NCBI GenBank assembly: GCA_963697165.1
Contig: CAVOMX010000014.1
Coordinates: forward strand, 32,001 to 96,000
From: Candidatus Bathyarchaeota archaeon
Lineage (GTDB): Archaea > Thermoproteota > Bathyarchaeia > Bathyarchaeales > Bathyarchaeaceae
Direction: 5' to 3'
DNA: 64,000 nucleotides
The position numbers were made by a program, and so were the translations under genes. The notes beneath the pieces were generated by a model, which saw only the letters and a program-made list of their open reading frames with translations, ran no database searches and was not told where the DNA came from. Positions 10,764 to 22,291 of this stretch are shown here, piece after piece; position 1 is the stretch's first letter, and the number at the start of each line of letters is the position of its first letter.

Positions 10764-11975
10764 ATGGAAATATTAGCAATTGTACCGATTATTCTGATCG
10801 CCGCATTTCTACTCGGAGAGATGTTCAAGAGAATTGGATTGCCTTCTGTTGTCGGCCAGATCCTTGCAGGGTTATTGTTTGGAGTTCCAGCCATAAAGGA
10901 ACTGCTTTTTGGCGATGGATCAACCCTGATTATAATCGATTTTCTGGCTACACTTGGAGTATTGCTTCTCCTATTTCTGGCAGGATTAGAGATTGAAATC
11001 GAGAAAATAAAGGAAACCTCAAGAGACTCAATTCTCAGTATCTCTTAGCTCTGCATTAGTCCCATTCGCACTTGGGTTTTGTGTTCATAACGGTGTTTTT
11101 CCCCGAATACGGCTTTCTGTCGGCACTGATTTTTGGAGGAGCAATGATGGTCACGTCAGAAGGAACAAAAGTTAAGGTACTCATGGACTTTAACAGCTTA
11201 AACACCCGATTAGGAGCAGTAATGCTTGCTGCAGGAGCAATAGACGACGTTTTCGAGGTCCTGTTCTTGTCCGTTGTCGTGGTTTTCGCTAAAGGAGGAA
11301 GCCTATTTGACTTGGCGATGATTCCTGTAGAAATAATTATCTTCCTCATAGTCGCGTACATATCATTCAAAGATAATGTCTAAAGTCCTGCAGCATCTTG
11401 ACAAAAAACCGGAGAAGAAACAGGATTATTCTCCATAGTAATGATATTTGTCCTAGTTCTCGCAGCTCTCTCTGAATCTTTGAATGTAGGCTACTAATCG
11501 GTTCGATTCTTGGAGGTTTTCTTTTACAAATCTCCTCTAAGAGAAATCAGCAAACGAAACAAGAGAGAAATGTTAACGTAATCAAACTTATTGCATTGGG
11601 CTTTATTGTTCCGTTCTTCTTCGTCAACGTTGGATTAACCTTTGACTCGGCACATTATCCTCCAATCTGCCGCTAATCGTAGCTACAGTACTCATCGCAT
11701 TCTTTGGAAAAATGATAGGAACATTCATTATCAAACCAGTTTCCACACTGAGCTGGAAACAGCTCTACTATGTTGGCTGGGCAATGAACTCGAGAGGTGC
11801 AGCTGAGTTGGTTATTGCGTTGATTGCAATGCAATATGGCTTGATTTCTCTAGAGATTTTTTCGGCTCTCGTTGCAATGAGTATAGTAACTACTCTCATC
11901 TTTCCGCCAGTTCTCGCCAGAGGCATAAAGAGGAATCCGGGACTTATGGATGCAAAGGTAGATAGAAAACATTAA
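10764..11975 (+). pseudogene. CPA2/NapA-type cation:proton antiporter with several frameshifts (pseudogene or sequencing errors)
   Basis: Three fragments in different frames: VVGQILAG/LLFLAGLE, TS...GAIDD and MNSRGAAEL. Further breaks lie between 11370 and 11700. Confidence 0.75.
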
Positions 11976-12049
11976 AACTTGGTTGAAGATTTAATGAACA
12001 GTAACAAGTTCTAGCATATAAAAGGGGAAACAGTAGCGGGGATAAATAA

Positions 12050-12436
12050 ATGAAAGAAAAAATGAAGATTCTAGTAGGAGTTGACGGTTCTGATTACTCT
12101 ACATGGGCGCTTATGGAAGCCATTAGTATTGCAAAAAAGTTTTCAGGTCACGTGAAAGTCATCACAGTCTACAAGCGAGGAAACATAGATGATTCGACCA
12201 AAATTCAGCTGAAAGTGAAGCAGCTTTTGGAGGAAGAAAAAATTGATTCTAGCTTATCAGCTATTCTTGGTTCCAACCCTTCAAGAGCCATGGTTGACAC
12301 AGCCAAAAACGAGAACTTCGACTTGATAGTAGTAGGCAGCAGAGGATTGGGCAGTGCTGCAGCTTTCCTGTTAGGTAGTGTCTCAAAACAGGTAGTTACC
12401 AAAGCAAGCTGCGATGTTCTTGTAGTAAAAAAGTAG
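12050..12436 (+). CDS. Universal stress protein (single domain)
   Basis: KILVGVDGS...DLIVVGSRGLG...LGSVS. Confidence 0.92.
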   Translation: MKEKMKILVGVDGSDYSTWALMEAISIAKKFSGHVKVITVYKRGNIDDSTKIQLKVKQLLEEEKIDSSLSAILGSNPSRAMVDTAKNENFDLIVVGSRGLGSAAAFLLGSVSKQVVTKASCDVLVVKK

Positions 12437-12509
12437 TTTGCTAGTTGTAAAGAAGGACAGAATTGAAATAACTGGACAATATACAAACAGAGTTAGCAAT
12501 AGTACCACT

Positions 12510-13383
12510 TTATCTGACTATCAGCACTGAACTTCTTGCATGCATACTTATGTCGTCACTGACACTTCCAAGCAGGTATCTTCTTACGCTGCTTAATCCT
12601 CTACTTCCTACAACGATAAGGTCAACATTCGCCTTTTTTGCAACCTTGATTATTATTTCTGCGGGGCTGCCGTACTCTAGCATCTTGTCAAACGAAACTC
12701 CTTGGACTTTGGTTGATGCATCGTTTAGGATGCATTCGCCGACTGTTCCAACACAATCTACGACCTGCGGTCCTCCTATACGAATGAGCTTATCTTCTTC
12801 AACATGCAACAAAGCCAAGTTTGCGCTATAGATCTGGGCTAACTGAACAGCATACTCAAGCGCCTTTTCTGCATATTTAGAACCATCAACAGCCGTGAGT
12901 ATCTTCTCAACTTTTGGTTTCTGTTTAACTATAAGAACAGGGCATTCAGCATGCCTTGCAACCTTCTCCGTGATGCTTCCCAAAGAGTAACGCGCAGATT
13001 GATGTTTAGCACGATTGCCTATAACAACCAAATTGTACCCTTCATCCTTAACTAATTGAAGCAAGAATTCTGCCGGATCTTCGTAAGTAACCAGCCTAGC
13101 ATCGACATCTATACCAGCCTCTCTGAACATTTCCTCGGCGTTTCTGATGATTTGTTTGCCAGCCTTCAAATACGACTCATCAATTTTATGCAAGATTGAG
13201 GGAGGTAACTGATACTGGGCTTTTAGTTCAGGGTGCATAAATTCGTGGGAGATAACATGAACCACTGTTACTTTTGACTTGAACTTTTTTGCAATCGAAA
13301 AAGCAAGCATTTTGGCGTGAAGACAGGAATGCGAACCATCCACAGGAACAAGAATCTTCTTAAAAAGTTGCTTATCTGCTCAT
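12510..13383 (-). CDS. Tandem two-domain universal stress protein (likely +1 frameshift just after the ATG at 13383)
   Basis: Two USP domains (FKKILVPVDGS; KILTAVDGS; GSRGLSSVRRYLLGSVS). Confidence 0.9.
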
Positions 13384-13461
13384 TATCGTCACAGATACAT
13401 CTAACTTCCATTGGATATTTTAAGTTTCTCGAGTAACAACCTTAGCATATTCTCACAGAAT

Positions 13462-14968
13462 TCACAATTGGGCACCAAGTATGTGCCATAAATCAGTCTT
13501 GGTTAATATACCAACAATTTTTTTAGGATTAGCCTCATCAACAACTGCAATTCGCCCCACATCATGTATCCTCATCTTCTTGAAGGCATCCAACGCAAGC
13601 TCTTCAGGATAAATAACAACAGGATTCTTCGGCACAATATCATCGAATAAGAACATCATCACGTTTTTCTTTTTCAACCTTCACAACATCCTCCAATGCC
13701 ACAATACCAATGAAGTCTCCAGTCTCATCAACAACAGGATATCCAGTGTGATGATGCTTCGCCATGAAATCCAAGATTTGGCTTACAGTAAAATTGGGAG
13801 ACACTGTCTTGAGATTCTTTGACATAACATCTTTCACTTTGAATTGAGAAAGAACAGCTATTTCTTTTAAGGGGCGAACCGGCACAGGCACATAAGCTTC
13901 CTTCATCTCAGAAATTTCTTTCAGGGCAGTTCTTCTCTTTTGTACAGCGGTCTCAATCACATGGGCAAAGGCGTCTGGTTCAAGTTCTATTACTCCTGTG
14001 TTTATCACCCCAGCCTCCACAGCAGAATAAAAGAAGTCCTCTCCAGCCTTTGTTCTGATAATTACTGTAGACCACTCCTTGAGAGGATATGCGCTTCCGA
14101 CAGAAATGTCAGCCAGTTCTGAGGTAAAGTCGGTGCAGGTTTCACAGCTGGTCAAGATGTGTGGTTTAACTTCGGATAGTGGAACTTTTATGTTGCCTTT
14201 GTCTGTTTGAACCGTCAGTTCCTTTACGATGTCAAGCCGTTTTATCTCGTCGGGTTTAATGTTATAATTTTTTTCCAGGTAATCAAGCAGGCGCCCAAAA
14301 GAAAGTGTCCAGAAACAGAAGAGCCCTATTATCACCTTCAGGTTTCCTGTGATTTTGTGTTCCCAAGCCTCAAGTTTACGAAGGGCTAGCACATGACAGG
14401 GAACACCCACGAATGCAATGTTTGCTTTTCCGTATTCATACACTGCGCTTCCATACGCTCTAGCCACGGATGAGGGAAAGAATTTGCTGCCGACAGCAGA
14501 AAACACGTCGTCGGGAACCACCCCAACTAAAGCTTTAGGTTTAATAGGAATGTTTGTTTCCGCCTGAGAAACAATTGCGCTGTCTATTATTCCTTTGTCT
14601 ATGGCGTTTGTTAGAAGTGTGGTGACAATAGCGCCCCCATGACCCAGTTTTCTGAGTTCGGGGTCTGCTGCTTGGGCGAGTAATATTCTTCTGTAGTATC
14701 CTAAGCCTTCTCTTTTTAAGGGCGAGTCTGAAACAAATTTTAGACTCTCAGAAATAAGTTTCTCGGAGTGTGGGCAAATCTCGTAACATATAGGGCACGA
14801 GTCAATGTGTTTTGAGCAATCAAAGTGTTCAATTTTGTCTTCCCCTATGGTTATTGCATGAACTGGACATGCCGCTTCGCATGCCCCACAGAAGGTACAG
14901 AATCCAGAGTTGATGATTTTGCTTTCTAAGTCATTGTATGCTATAAGATTGTCTTTTTTTGTTGCCAC
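13462..14968 (-). CDS. FrhB/FpoF-family F420-binding flavoprotein with N-terminal 2[4Fe-4S] and C-terminal CBS pair (+1 frameshift near 13645)
   Basis: CTFCGACEAACP and CPICYEICP clusters; GGAIVT, VGVPCHV, IGLFC, CETCTDFTSELADISVG FrhB motifs; then VKDVMS...GYPVVD and GRIAVVD...VGILTKTDL CBS motifs. Confidence 0.88.
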
Positions 14969-15016
14969 AGAATCCCCTTAAATAATTTTATCATTCAAAC
15001 AAGTTAACATTTTTGG

Positions 15017-16499
15017 TTATACAGGTAAAAATGGTGTAACTGATGATAACAAATTGAGAACTAAATCAGGATATAGCCCAAGAATGACAATTATTACAAC
15101 CAAACAGTATATGGGCACCAGCAAGTTTCTCGGCTCTTTAATGTCCACGTCGTTCTTGGGATTTTTGGAATATAAGTAGTGTATCACTCTCAGGAAGTAG
15201 GCAGATTGGAGAACCGAGTTGAGGACACCTATCAATGCTAACCAAGCAACGCTCGACTGCAGAACGGAAGTGAAAACCATATACTTAGCAATAAAGCCTG
15301 CAAACAAGGGCACCCCAGAAAAAGACAATGCCGCACAAACAAACGCAAAACTTGTCAAAGGCATCTTTCGTCCCATACCAGACAAATCCTCAAATGTTGT
15401 CAAGCCCATTCTTCTGAATACGCCGATGACCATGAAGGCTAGAGAGGTTTCCATGGCTGCAACAAAGAAGAAGAACAGGTTGCCTGAAAGCCCAATAGAA
15501 GTGATGCTGGTAATCGCTATCAGATTGTAGCCGATGTCCGCAATACAGACGTATGCAATCATTCGCTTAACGTTTTGTTGTGCTAACGCAAACAGGTTTC
15601 CGACTGTCATGGTGAGCGCAGAGAATATTGCAACAGTAAATCTCCAATCGACAACTGCTGTGGGCGTCAGAATGAACAATAGAACTCTCAGCAGCACATA
15701 GTAGCTGCCTTGGTCTACGATAGCGGACAGGAAAGCTGAGGCAGAATCGGGGGCGGCAGTGTAAGCGTCGGGCATCCACATATGAAACGGAACAATAGCT
15801 GTTTCGATGGCATACCCTGCAATGATAAAAGCAAACGCTACCAACAGAAGCTGCGGATTCGCTGTTGTCAACAGAACTTCTTTGACAGTCCAGAAGTTAA
15901 GAGAACCAGTTAGACCGTACAATAATGATAGACCAAAAAGTATGAAACCAGAAGCTATGATAACCATGACCAAATATTTTAGGGCAGCCTCAAGTGATTC
16001 TCGGGATTTTTTGTAGGCTACAAGAAAACAGGAGCCTGCCGCTGTTGCCTCCCAAAAGATGAAAACAGTAAGCAAGTCGCCTGAAAAGGTAGCCGCTATT
16101 ACTGTGCCGGTTACGATAAGCAGGAGAGCATAGTATCTTTCGGACAGACTCTCATTTGGACTTACGTGCAGGACAGCATACAGGCATGCAATCGTGCCCA
16201 CCACCATATAGGCTATTACCATGTAAACTGAAACCGTGTCTACTAGAAACACTGTTGATAGTGGTGCCAAAATCGTGTCTGTGGAAGAGATTTGAAGAAA
16301 CGATTGCGATTGACCAAAGTATTCTGTTGCTATGCGGAAAACGCCCACTGCTGCTGCGGAAAAAGTGAGAAGTATCCAAGCTACCATGAAATGTTGAGGA
16401 TTAAGTTTGGTCTTTCTCACAAGTCGTAGGAAGTGGAACGGTGAGTAGAGAACAAACCGTGAAGACTATTGTAGGTAAAAGAACGTCAATTATATTCAT
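15017..16499 (-). CDS. NuoN-like antiporter subunit of the hydrogenase complex (+1 frameshift near 16430)
   Basis: EAALKY, PFHMWMPDAY, KRMIAY, GVPLFAGFIAK. The ATG at 16499 is 79 nt upstream of the called start. Confidence 0.87.
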
Positions 16500-16514
16500 T
16501 AGTTGTAAGCCTCG

Positions 16515-17985
16515 TCATATTGATGTAACAGCATGAATCAGGTCTATGAAAATCCCAGGATAAATTCCCAATATCACAACAAAAGCTGCCAGAGCAATCA
16601 TTGCAACAATCATGTATATGGGGGGGTCTTTAATGTCATCTCTCTGGACTTTAGGAGATTCTAAGAAGACTTTCCAGAAGTACCTTAGGACATATGCTAG
16701 ACTGAAAACGGTTGCAATAAGCATCAAAACAGTAGGCAAATAATATGAACCGTCTGCGCCAGCCGCAGTAACAGCCCCAACAAAAATGTGGAACTCGCTT
16801 ATGAAGCAGGCAAATGGGGGAATGCCGCCTATGCTGAATGCTGCAATAGCAGTGGCTATCGCGGTTAGGGGCATCTTTGACGCTAAACCTCCCATGTCTT
16901 TGATGTTTCTTACGCCAGTCTGGTGCATAACTGCGCCAGCAGTCAAGAAGAGAAGCCCCTTGCTTGCTGCGTGATTAACTAAATGGAGTACACCGCCAGT
17001 GATTCCCTCGGCAAAAGGAAAGAGGGACAACGCAAACAGGACGTATCCCATGTGGCTTATGCTAGAATATGCGATTATTCGTTTGATGTCAGTTTCTGCC
17101 AACGCAAGGAAAGACCCATAAAAGGCTGATAATACTCCAAAAAAGCTTAACACTAGCAAGAATTCGTTCCCAGTGGGCATCATCGCAGAATATACGGTTC
17201 CAAGAGCTATCCTCAAAACAGCGTATCCTCCTGCCCCAATTATTACTCCACTGAGGAGTGCAGACATGGGTGCGGGTGCTTCACCGTGCGCGTCTGGAAG
17301 CCACATGTGAAGGGGAACAATAGCCATCTTCACAGCGAATCCTGCAGTGAAGGATATCAGCACCCAATTCAGGATACCAGGGTCTACATTGGCCAGAAGG
17401 ACTTGGGCTTCGAATATGTCAAGGGTGCCAGTAAGCATGTATATAGCGCCGATGCCTAAGAGAACAAAGATTGCTCCGGCATGGGTGAAGATGAAGAATT
17501 TGAAGGCGGTTTTGAAGGAGTCTCTGTATCCCCATCCACCTATGATGAAGTATGTTGGAACAAGCATGAGTTCCCAACAGAAATAGAAGAGCAGCAGATT
17601 GGATGTGATGAAAACTCCAACCAGTCCTATTGTGAGTAAACTCATTAATGCGTAGTATGCTGGAAGCGATTTTTTTTCTTCCATATAGTTTATGGAATAG
17701 ACCGTTGATGCTGCAACAAGTATTAGCGTAACAATAGCCAATGACAGGCTTATTCCGTCAACGAAAAGTGTGAAAGCGGAACCTAATGTCGGTATCCAAT
17801 AATATGATTCTATGTATTGTCCTTCATTAAGAACTGTGGGTATCAAGCGTCAGAAGAAGAGACAAACTGACTATAGAGAGTAAGGTGAGAATCAAGGCGG
17901 CGGTTTTCGCAGATTTTTTGCCAACACCATACACTATTGGAATAGCCAGAGCGGGCAACATCAGAGCAATTAATAATGTTTGCAT
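16515..17985 (-). CDS. NuoM-like antiporter subunit (+1 frameshift near 17848)
   Basis: FVDGIS, WELMLVPTY, PLHMWLPDAHGEAP, IAYSSISHMG. The N-terminal TM helices start at ATG 17985. Confidence 0.88.
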
Positions 17986-17992
17986 TTTTGTT

Positions 17993-20094
17993 TTACCTCA
18001 AAGCAGTTAATAATAGCAAAATAATGATTAGGAAGAAGCCGAGCATGGCTGCCAAAACAAAGTCAGGTAGTGGTCCACGGTGCATCTTCTTGATTTTCTG
18101 TCCGTGCTCAACCGTTTTTCCTGCAAACAGATAGACCAGATTATCCAAGAATGAATCAATATATTCATGGGTTACCCGCGCAGTCTCCACTGGTTCCACC
18201 CGCCAAAATATAGCTTAAGCGGTCTAGGAAAGATTCAAGGTGCACATGTGTGTTGTGAGCAGTAATCACGGCTCCACCAGCTATGATATAAACGAACCTG
18301 TCAAGAAATGATTCTATGTAATCGTGAGTACCATGGGCAATCCTCAAAGCCCCGCCTGCAACAAGATAAGGAAATTGTTGCAACCCAGACATTTCAATGA
18401 TACTGTATGTAACCTGCGCCAAACCCATGACTCCATTCAATAGTTTATTGTAAACGGCATCGAAGTAATAGCCGTTGGATATTAAAAGATAAAGCGGTTT
18501 GTTTAAAAAACTTCTTGCAGAAACCATGGCAGTATCTCTCTTCTTGTAGTAAAGATAGTAGGCTGTAGATAAGCCAACAGCGAGGATTATAGCTGATGTT
18601 AAACTCGCCAAAATGACGCCATTGAATGAAGCTTCAAAGGGTATCGCAAGGTAATGCTCTAAGGGAGTCTTGAAGAAACCTGCGATACAGGAGGCAGCGG
18701 CTAACAGGACAAGGGGTACAGTTATTGTTGGTTTAGGATCATGCAATTGATGGTGCTCAAGATGCTCTGATTTCTTTCCGAGGAAAACCAGAGATATCCA
18801 TCTAATACTGTAGATGGCTGTTAACACAGATGTTCCGAAAATCAAAATGAAAAGTGGAATGTTATTAGCTAAGATTATGGCTTCGAATATAGTGTCTTTG
18901 CTCCAGAAACCGCTGAAAGGCGGAATACCGGCAAGCGAAAACGCGCCGATAACACTCACTATGAAGGTTATAGGCATCTCTTTTCTTATGCCTCCAAGCT
19001 GTTTCAGATCAAGAGTGTGAGTAATATGCATTACAACTCCAGCACAAAGGAACAAAAGCGACTTGAAGAGGGCGTGGCTGAGTACGTGGAATTGACTAGC
19101 GAACCAGCCTAGTTCAGTTCCTATGCCTAGGGCGGCCATTATCATGCCCAACTGGCTTATTGTAGAAAATGCTAGAACCCGTTTCAGGTCTGAGCTGGTC
19201 AATGCCATGGTTGCTGCAAGGAAAGCCGTGATTCCTCCGATGTATGTAATTGTGGTTAACCATGGCTGCACCAAAGAGAAGAGAATGTAGATTCTTGCCA
19301 CAAGATAGATTCCCGCTTTAACCATTGTTGCACCATGGATGAGGGCACTAGTCGGTGTTGGTCCTTCCATGGCGTTCGGAAGCCAAACATGTAATGGAAA
19401 TTGGGCAGATTTGCCTATAGCCCCAATCAACATCAAAACGGACACTGCTAACATTGGAACTGAAACTTGCCCAGCTGCTATAAGATCGCGGATTTCAAGA
19501 AAGTCGAATGTTCCAGTGTTCACGTATAGAAGCAGTATTCCGAGTAGTAGAAAAATGTCTCCGATTCTTGTTACGATGAAGGCTTTCATGCCTGCCTTGG
19601 CTGATTCAGGTCTAGTGTACCAGAATCCGATGAGGGCATATGAGCATAATCCAACGGTTTCCCAGAACATGTACATCTGTAGAAGATTGTTTGCCATAAC
19701 TAAGCCAATCATTCCACCGACGAAAAGAAGCATGAAGAAAAAGAATCTGGGAGTTCCTTTTTCTTTTTCCATATAGTTAACGGAGTAAATCATGATTAGC
19801 AGTCCAACACAGGCTGCAATGTTTGCCATCATGATGCTTAACGGGTCGATGAGGACGCTAAGGTTGATTTTCATGGATTGCATCCAAGGCATAGAATACA
19901 GTTGCGCTTCGCCATGAGCGTTGATTACGCTGGGAATAAGCGAGACAGTGTTAACAGCAGAAACAAGAGTGACTAAAACTGCGTACCAGCCAACGCTTCT
20001 ACGCCGAAACTTGGCTACCAAAGGTATAAACAATGATCCGACAAATGGAATTGCCCAACATAGCCAGGCTGCGTACTCGGCTGGAATCAGAATG
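17993..20094 (-). CDS. NuoL-like antiporter subunit with repeat-extended lateral helix (+1 frameshift near 18192)
   Basis: DPLS, WETVGLCSYALIGF, GKSAQFPLHVWLPNAMEGPTP, HALFK, YYFD. The hydrophobic N-terminus appears to begin near ATT/CTG about 20094, so the start is uncertain. Confidence 0.87.
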
Positions 20095-20424
20095 CTAGTT
20101 TTCCTCCACCATTTGGTTTTCTTGTTCAGATGGCTGTTCTTTTATTTCCGACAGTTCTCTGACATCACGGATATTTAGTTTTTTGTAGATAGAAATAGCA
20201 AGTGTAAGAGCAACAGCCGTTACACAGGCGTCAACAGATAAGGCAAGAATCGAGAAAGTTTGACCTAAAGGATCCCCCATTAATGAGCCAAAAACAACAA
20301 AATTCATTGTTGCTGCCGCAGTAAGCATTTCTATTGCGATCAGCATTTTTATCAAGTCATGCTTTGTAACCAAGCCGACTATTCCAATCGCTAGAATTGT
20401 AACAGCCAGTATTATGTAATCCAC
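20095..20424 (-). CDS. NuoK-like subunit
   Basis: IKMLIAIEML, three TM helices, position in the operon. Confidence 0.85.
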   Translation of the reverse strand: MDYIILAVTILAIGIVGLVTKHDLIKMLIAIEMLTAAATMNFVVFGSLMGDPLGQTFSILALSVDACVTAVALTLAISIYKKLNIRDVRELSEIKEQPSEQENQMVEEN

Positions 20425-20425
20425 T

Positions 20426-20905
20426 TTAGTTTCTCCTCCGTTCCTCCTTCAAAAGGAGCACTACGCCAAGCGCAGCCGTCAAAACGACTAAACCTTGAGC
20501 AAGAACATCAATCGCCCTCAAGTCCCATAATGCACTTGATAGTGACAAATCCAATGAGCTAGTAAAAGTTTGGGTTGCCACAGTTCCAACAACTACTGGA
20601 ACAGAAAGAATTGCAGAAACAATTAAACCCATGAATATCGTTTTGGTGGATGTTTTCGTGTCGCTTTTCTTGGTTAACGAATCACCAGCAAGAAGAAAAA
20701 TCGCTGCAGTTCCAGTGCCTAACGCCAACTGGAAGATTGCAGCGAAAGGCGCATTTAAGCTAAAGTAGAGCAATGAAAGCAATATCATCATTGTGCTTAG
20801 AGACAAAACCGAAGACACGGTTTCCTTCAAGTATATCGCAAAAACCGCAGAGGTCACCATACCAATAGCCAGAACTGTTTCAAGCCACATACTATTTTCC
20901 CTCAT
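20426..20905 (-). CDS. NuoJ-like subunit
   Basis: LYFSLNAPFAAIFQ, five hydrophobic segments, position in the operon. Confidence 0.82.
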   Translation of the reverse strand: MRENSMWLETVLAIGMVTSAVFAIYLKETVSSVLSLSTMMILLSLLYFSLNAPFAAIFQLALGTGTAAIFLLAGDSLTKKSDTKTSTKTIFMGLIVSAILSVPVVVGTVATQTFTSSLDLSLSSALWDLRAIDVLAQGLVVLTAALGVVLLLKEERRRN

Positions 20906-21287
20906 CTGTAGTAGATTTTTGTTTAATAATAAATTCCTCTGGATTTATCAGCATCTCTTCCTTTTCTGTTGTTGACATCTCAAAATTTGTGGATAGCTTT
21001 ATTGCCTCTCTTGGGCAGCTTTCCGCGCATTGATAACAAAATACGCAGCGGTCAAGGTAAAACTTTGGCATCCGTTTCCCAGAAACTTCCACAAGTTCTA
21101 TAGCATTAGCGGGACAGTCCCGCTCGCATAAGCCGCAGCTGATGCACTTTTCAGGATAGAAAACGTGCCTGCCTCGGTAGCCTTCAGGAGCTTCTACCTT
21201 TACAGCGGGATACTCACGAGTGAAGGACTTCTTGAAGATACATGAGCCCATGTCTTTTATCAGTGATGGTAATCGTAGTTTAGTCAC
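20892..21287 (-). CDS. NuoI-like 2[4Fe-4S] subunit
   Basis: FTREYP, YRGRH, CISCGLCERDCP and CVFCYQCAESCP. Confidence 0.92.
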   Translation of the reverse strand: MTKLRLPSLIKDMGSCIFKKSFTREYPAVKVEAPEGYRGRHVFYPEKCISCGLCERDCPANAIELVEVSGKRMPKFYLDRCVFCYQCAESCPREAIKLSTNFEMSTTEKEEMLINPEEFIIKQKSTTDEGK

Positions 21288-21298
21288 ACTTTTTCCTC

Positions 21299-22291
21299 CT
21301 AACCAATCACCGACCGCAACAACGGTTCAATAATTATTGTAATAGCAAGAGATAAAATAGACAAGGGAATCATAAATTTCCAGTTGCCATGAACAACCTG
21401 ATCTATCCGTAATCTGGCAGACACATTACCGACATACTCTAGAACAAACACTACTCCAAGTGTTTTAACCATGAACCAGAAAGCATACCAGAGTTCAGGT
21501 GGTCCAATCAGCACGGGTCCATGAGCTCCACCTAAGAACAACATAGTTACAAGAGATGCACCAACCAGGAACTGAAAATCTTCTGCAAGTTTTATAAAAG
21601 CCAATTTTCTTCCACTGAACTCCGTTTCGTAACCTCCCACAATTTCGGTTTCTGCATGAGGAATATCGAAAGGATCCTTCTCTAACTCAGCCTGTAAGAC
21701 AATAATAAACAAGAAACAAGACCAAGGAATCAGAAGAGCAAAAGGAATAGATTGGCTCGCCGTAATATTCACAATGGACAAGCTTTTTGCAAGAAAAGCG
21801 GGACCAATCGCGAGAAGAATAAGAGGTATGTCGTATCCGAGAAACTGGGTCAGAACTCTGGTTGCGCCAATCCCGCTGTACGGATTCAAAGAAGCCCAAC
21901 CGGCAAGGAATATAGCAAAGTTTGCGAGAGATACAATAAGCAAAACTAGAAGCAAATCTCCCTCGAAACTCGAATTCAAAATCACATTTGAACCATCGAT
22001 CGGGATATAGAAAAGACCAAAAACATAGAGTGAAAACGCAAGAATTGGAGCTGCCACAAATAGCAGTTTGTTGGTATTCTTTGGAGTAATATCTTCATTC
22101 GAGAACAGTTTTATGTAATCGGCAATGGGTTGAAGAATACCAAATGGACCGGCATAAGAGGGACCCATACGGTTCTGAAACCGAGCTGCAACCTTTCTTT
22201 CAAACCAGTCAAAAAATAGAACTAGCACCAAGAGAAAGATGAAACCCGGAAACACCAGTGCCCTTACAATAAAAAGGAGATCAATAGCCAT
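21299..22291 (-). CDS. NuoH-like membrane subunit
   Basis: ERKVAARFQNRMGP, GILQPIADYIKL, PFDIPHAETEIVGGYETEFSG, ARLRIDQ. Confidence 0.93.
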   Translation of the reverse strand: MAIDLLFIVRALVFPGFIFLLVLVLFFDWFERKVAARFQNRMGPSYAGPFGILQPIADYIKLFSNEDITPKNTNKLLFVAAPILAFSLYVFGLFYIPIDGSNVILNSSFEGDLLLVLLIVSLANFAIFLAGWASLNPYSGIGATRVLTQFLGYDIPLILLAIGPAFLAKSLSIVNITASQSIPFALLIPWSCFLFIIVLQAELEKDPFDIPHAETEIVGGYETEFSGRKLAFIKLAEDFQFLVGASLVTMLFLGGAHGPVLIGPPELWYAFWFMVKTLGVVFVLEYVGNVSARLRIDQVVHGNWKFMIPLSILSLAITIIIEPLLRSVIG

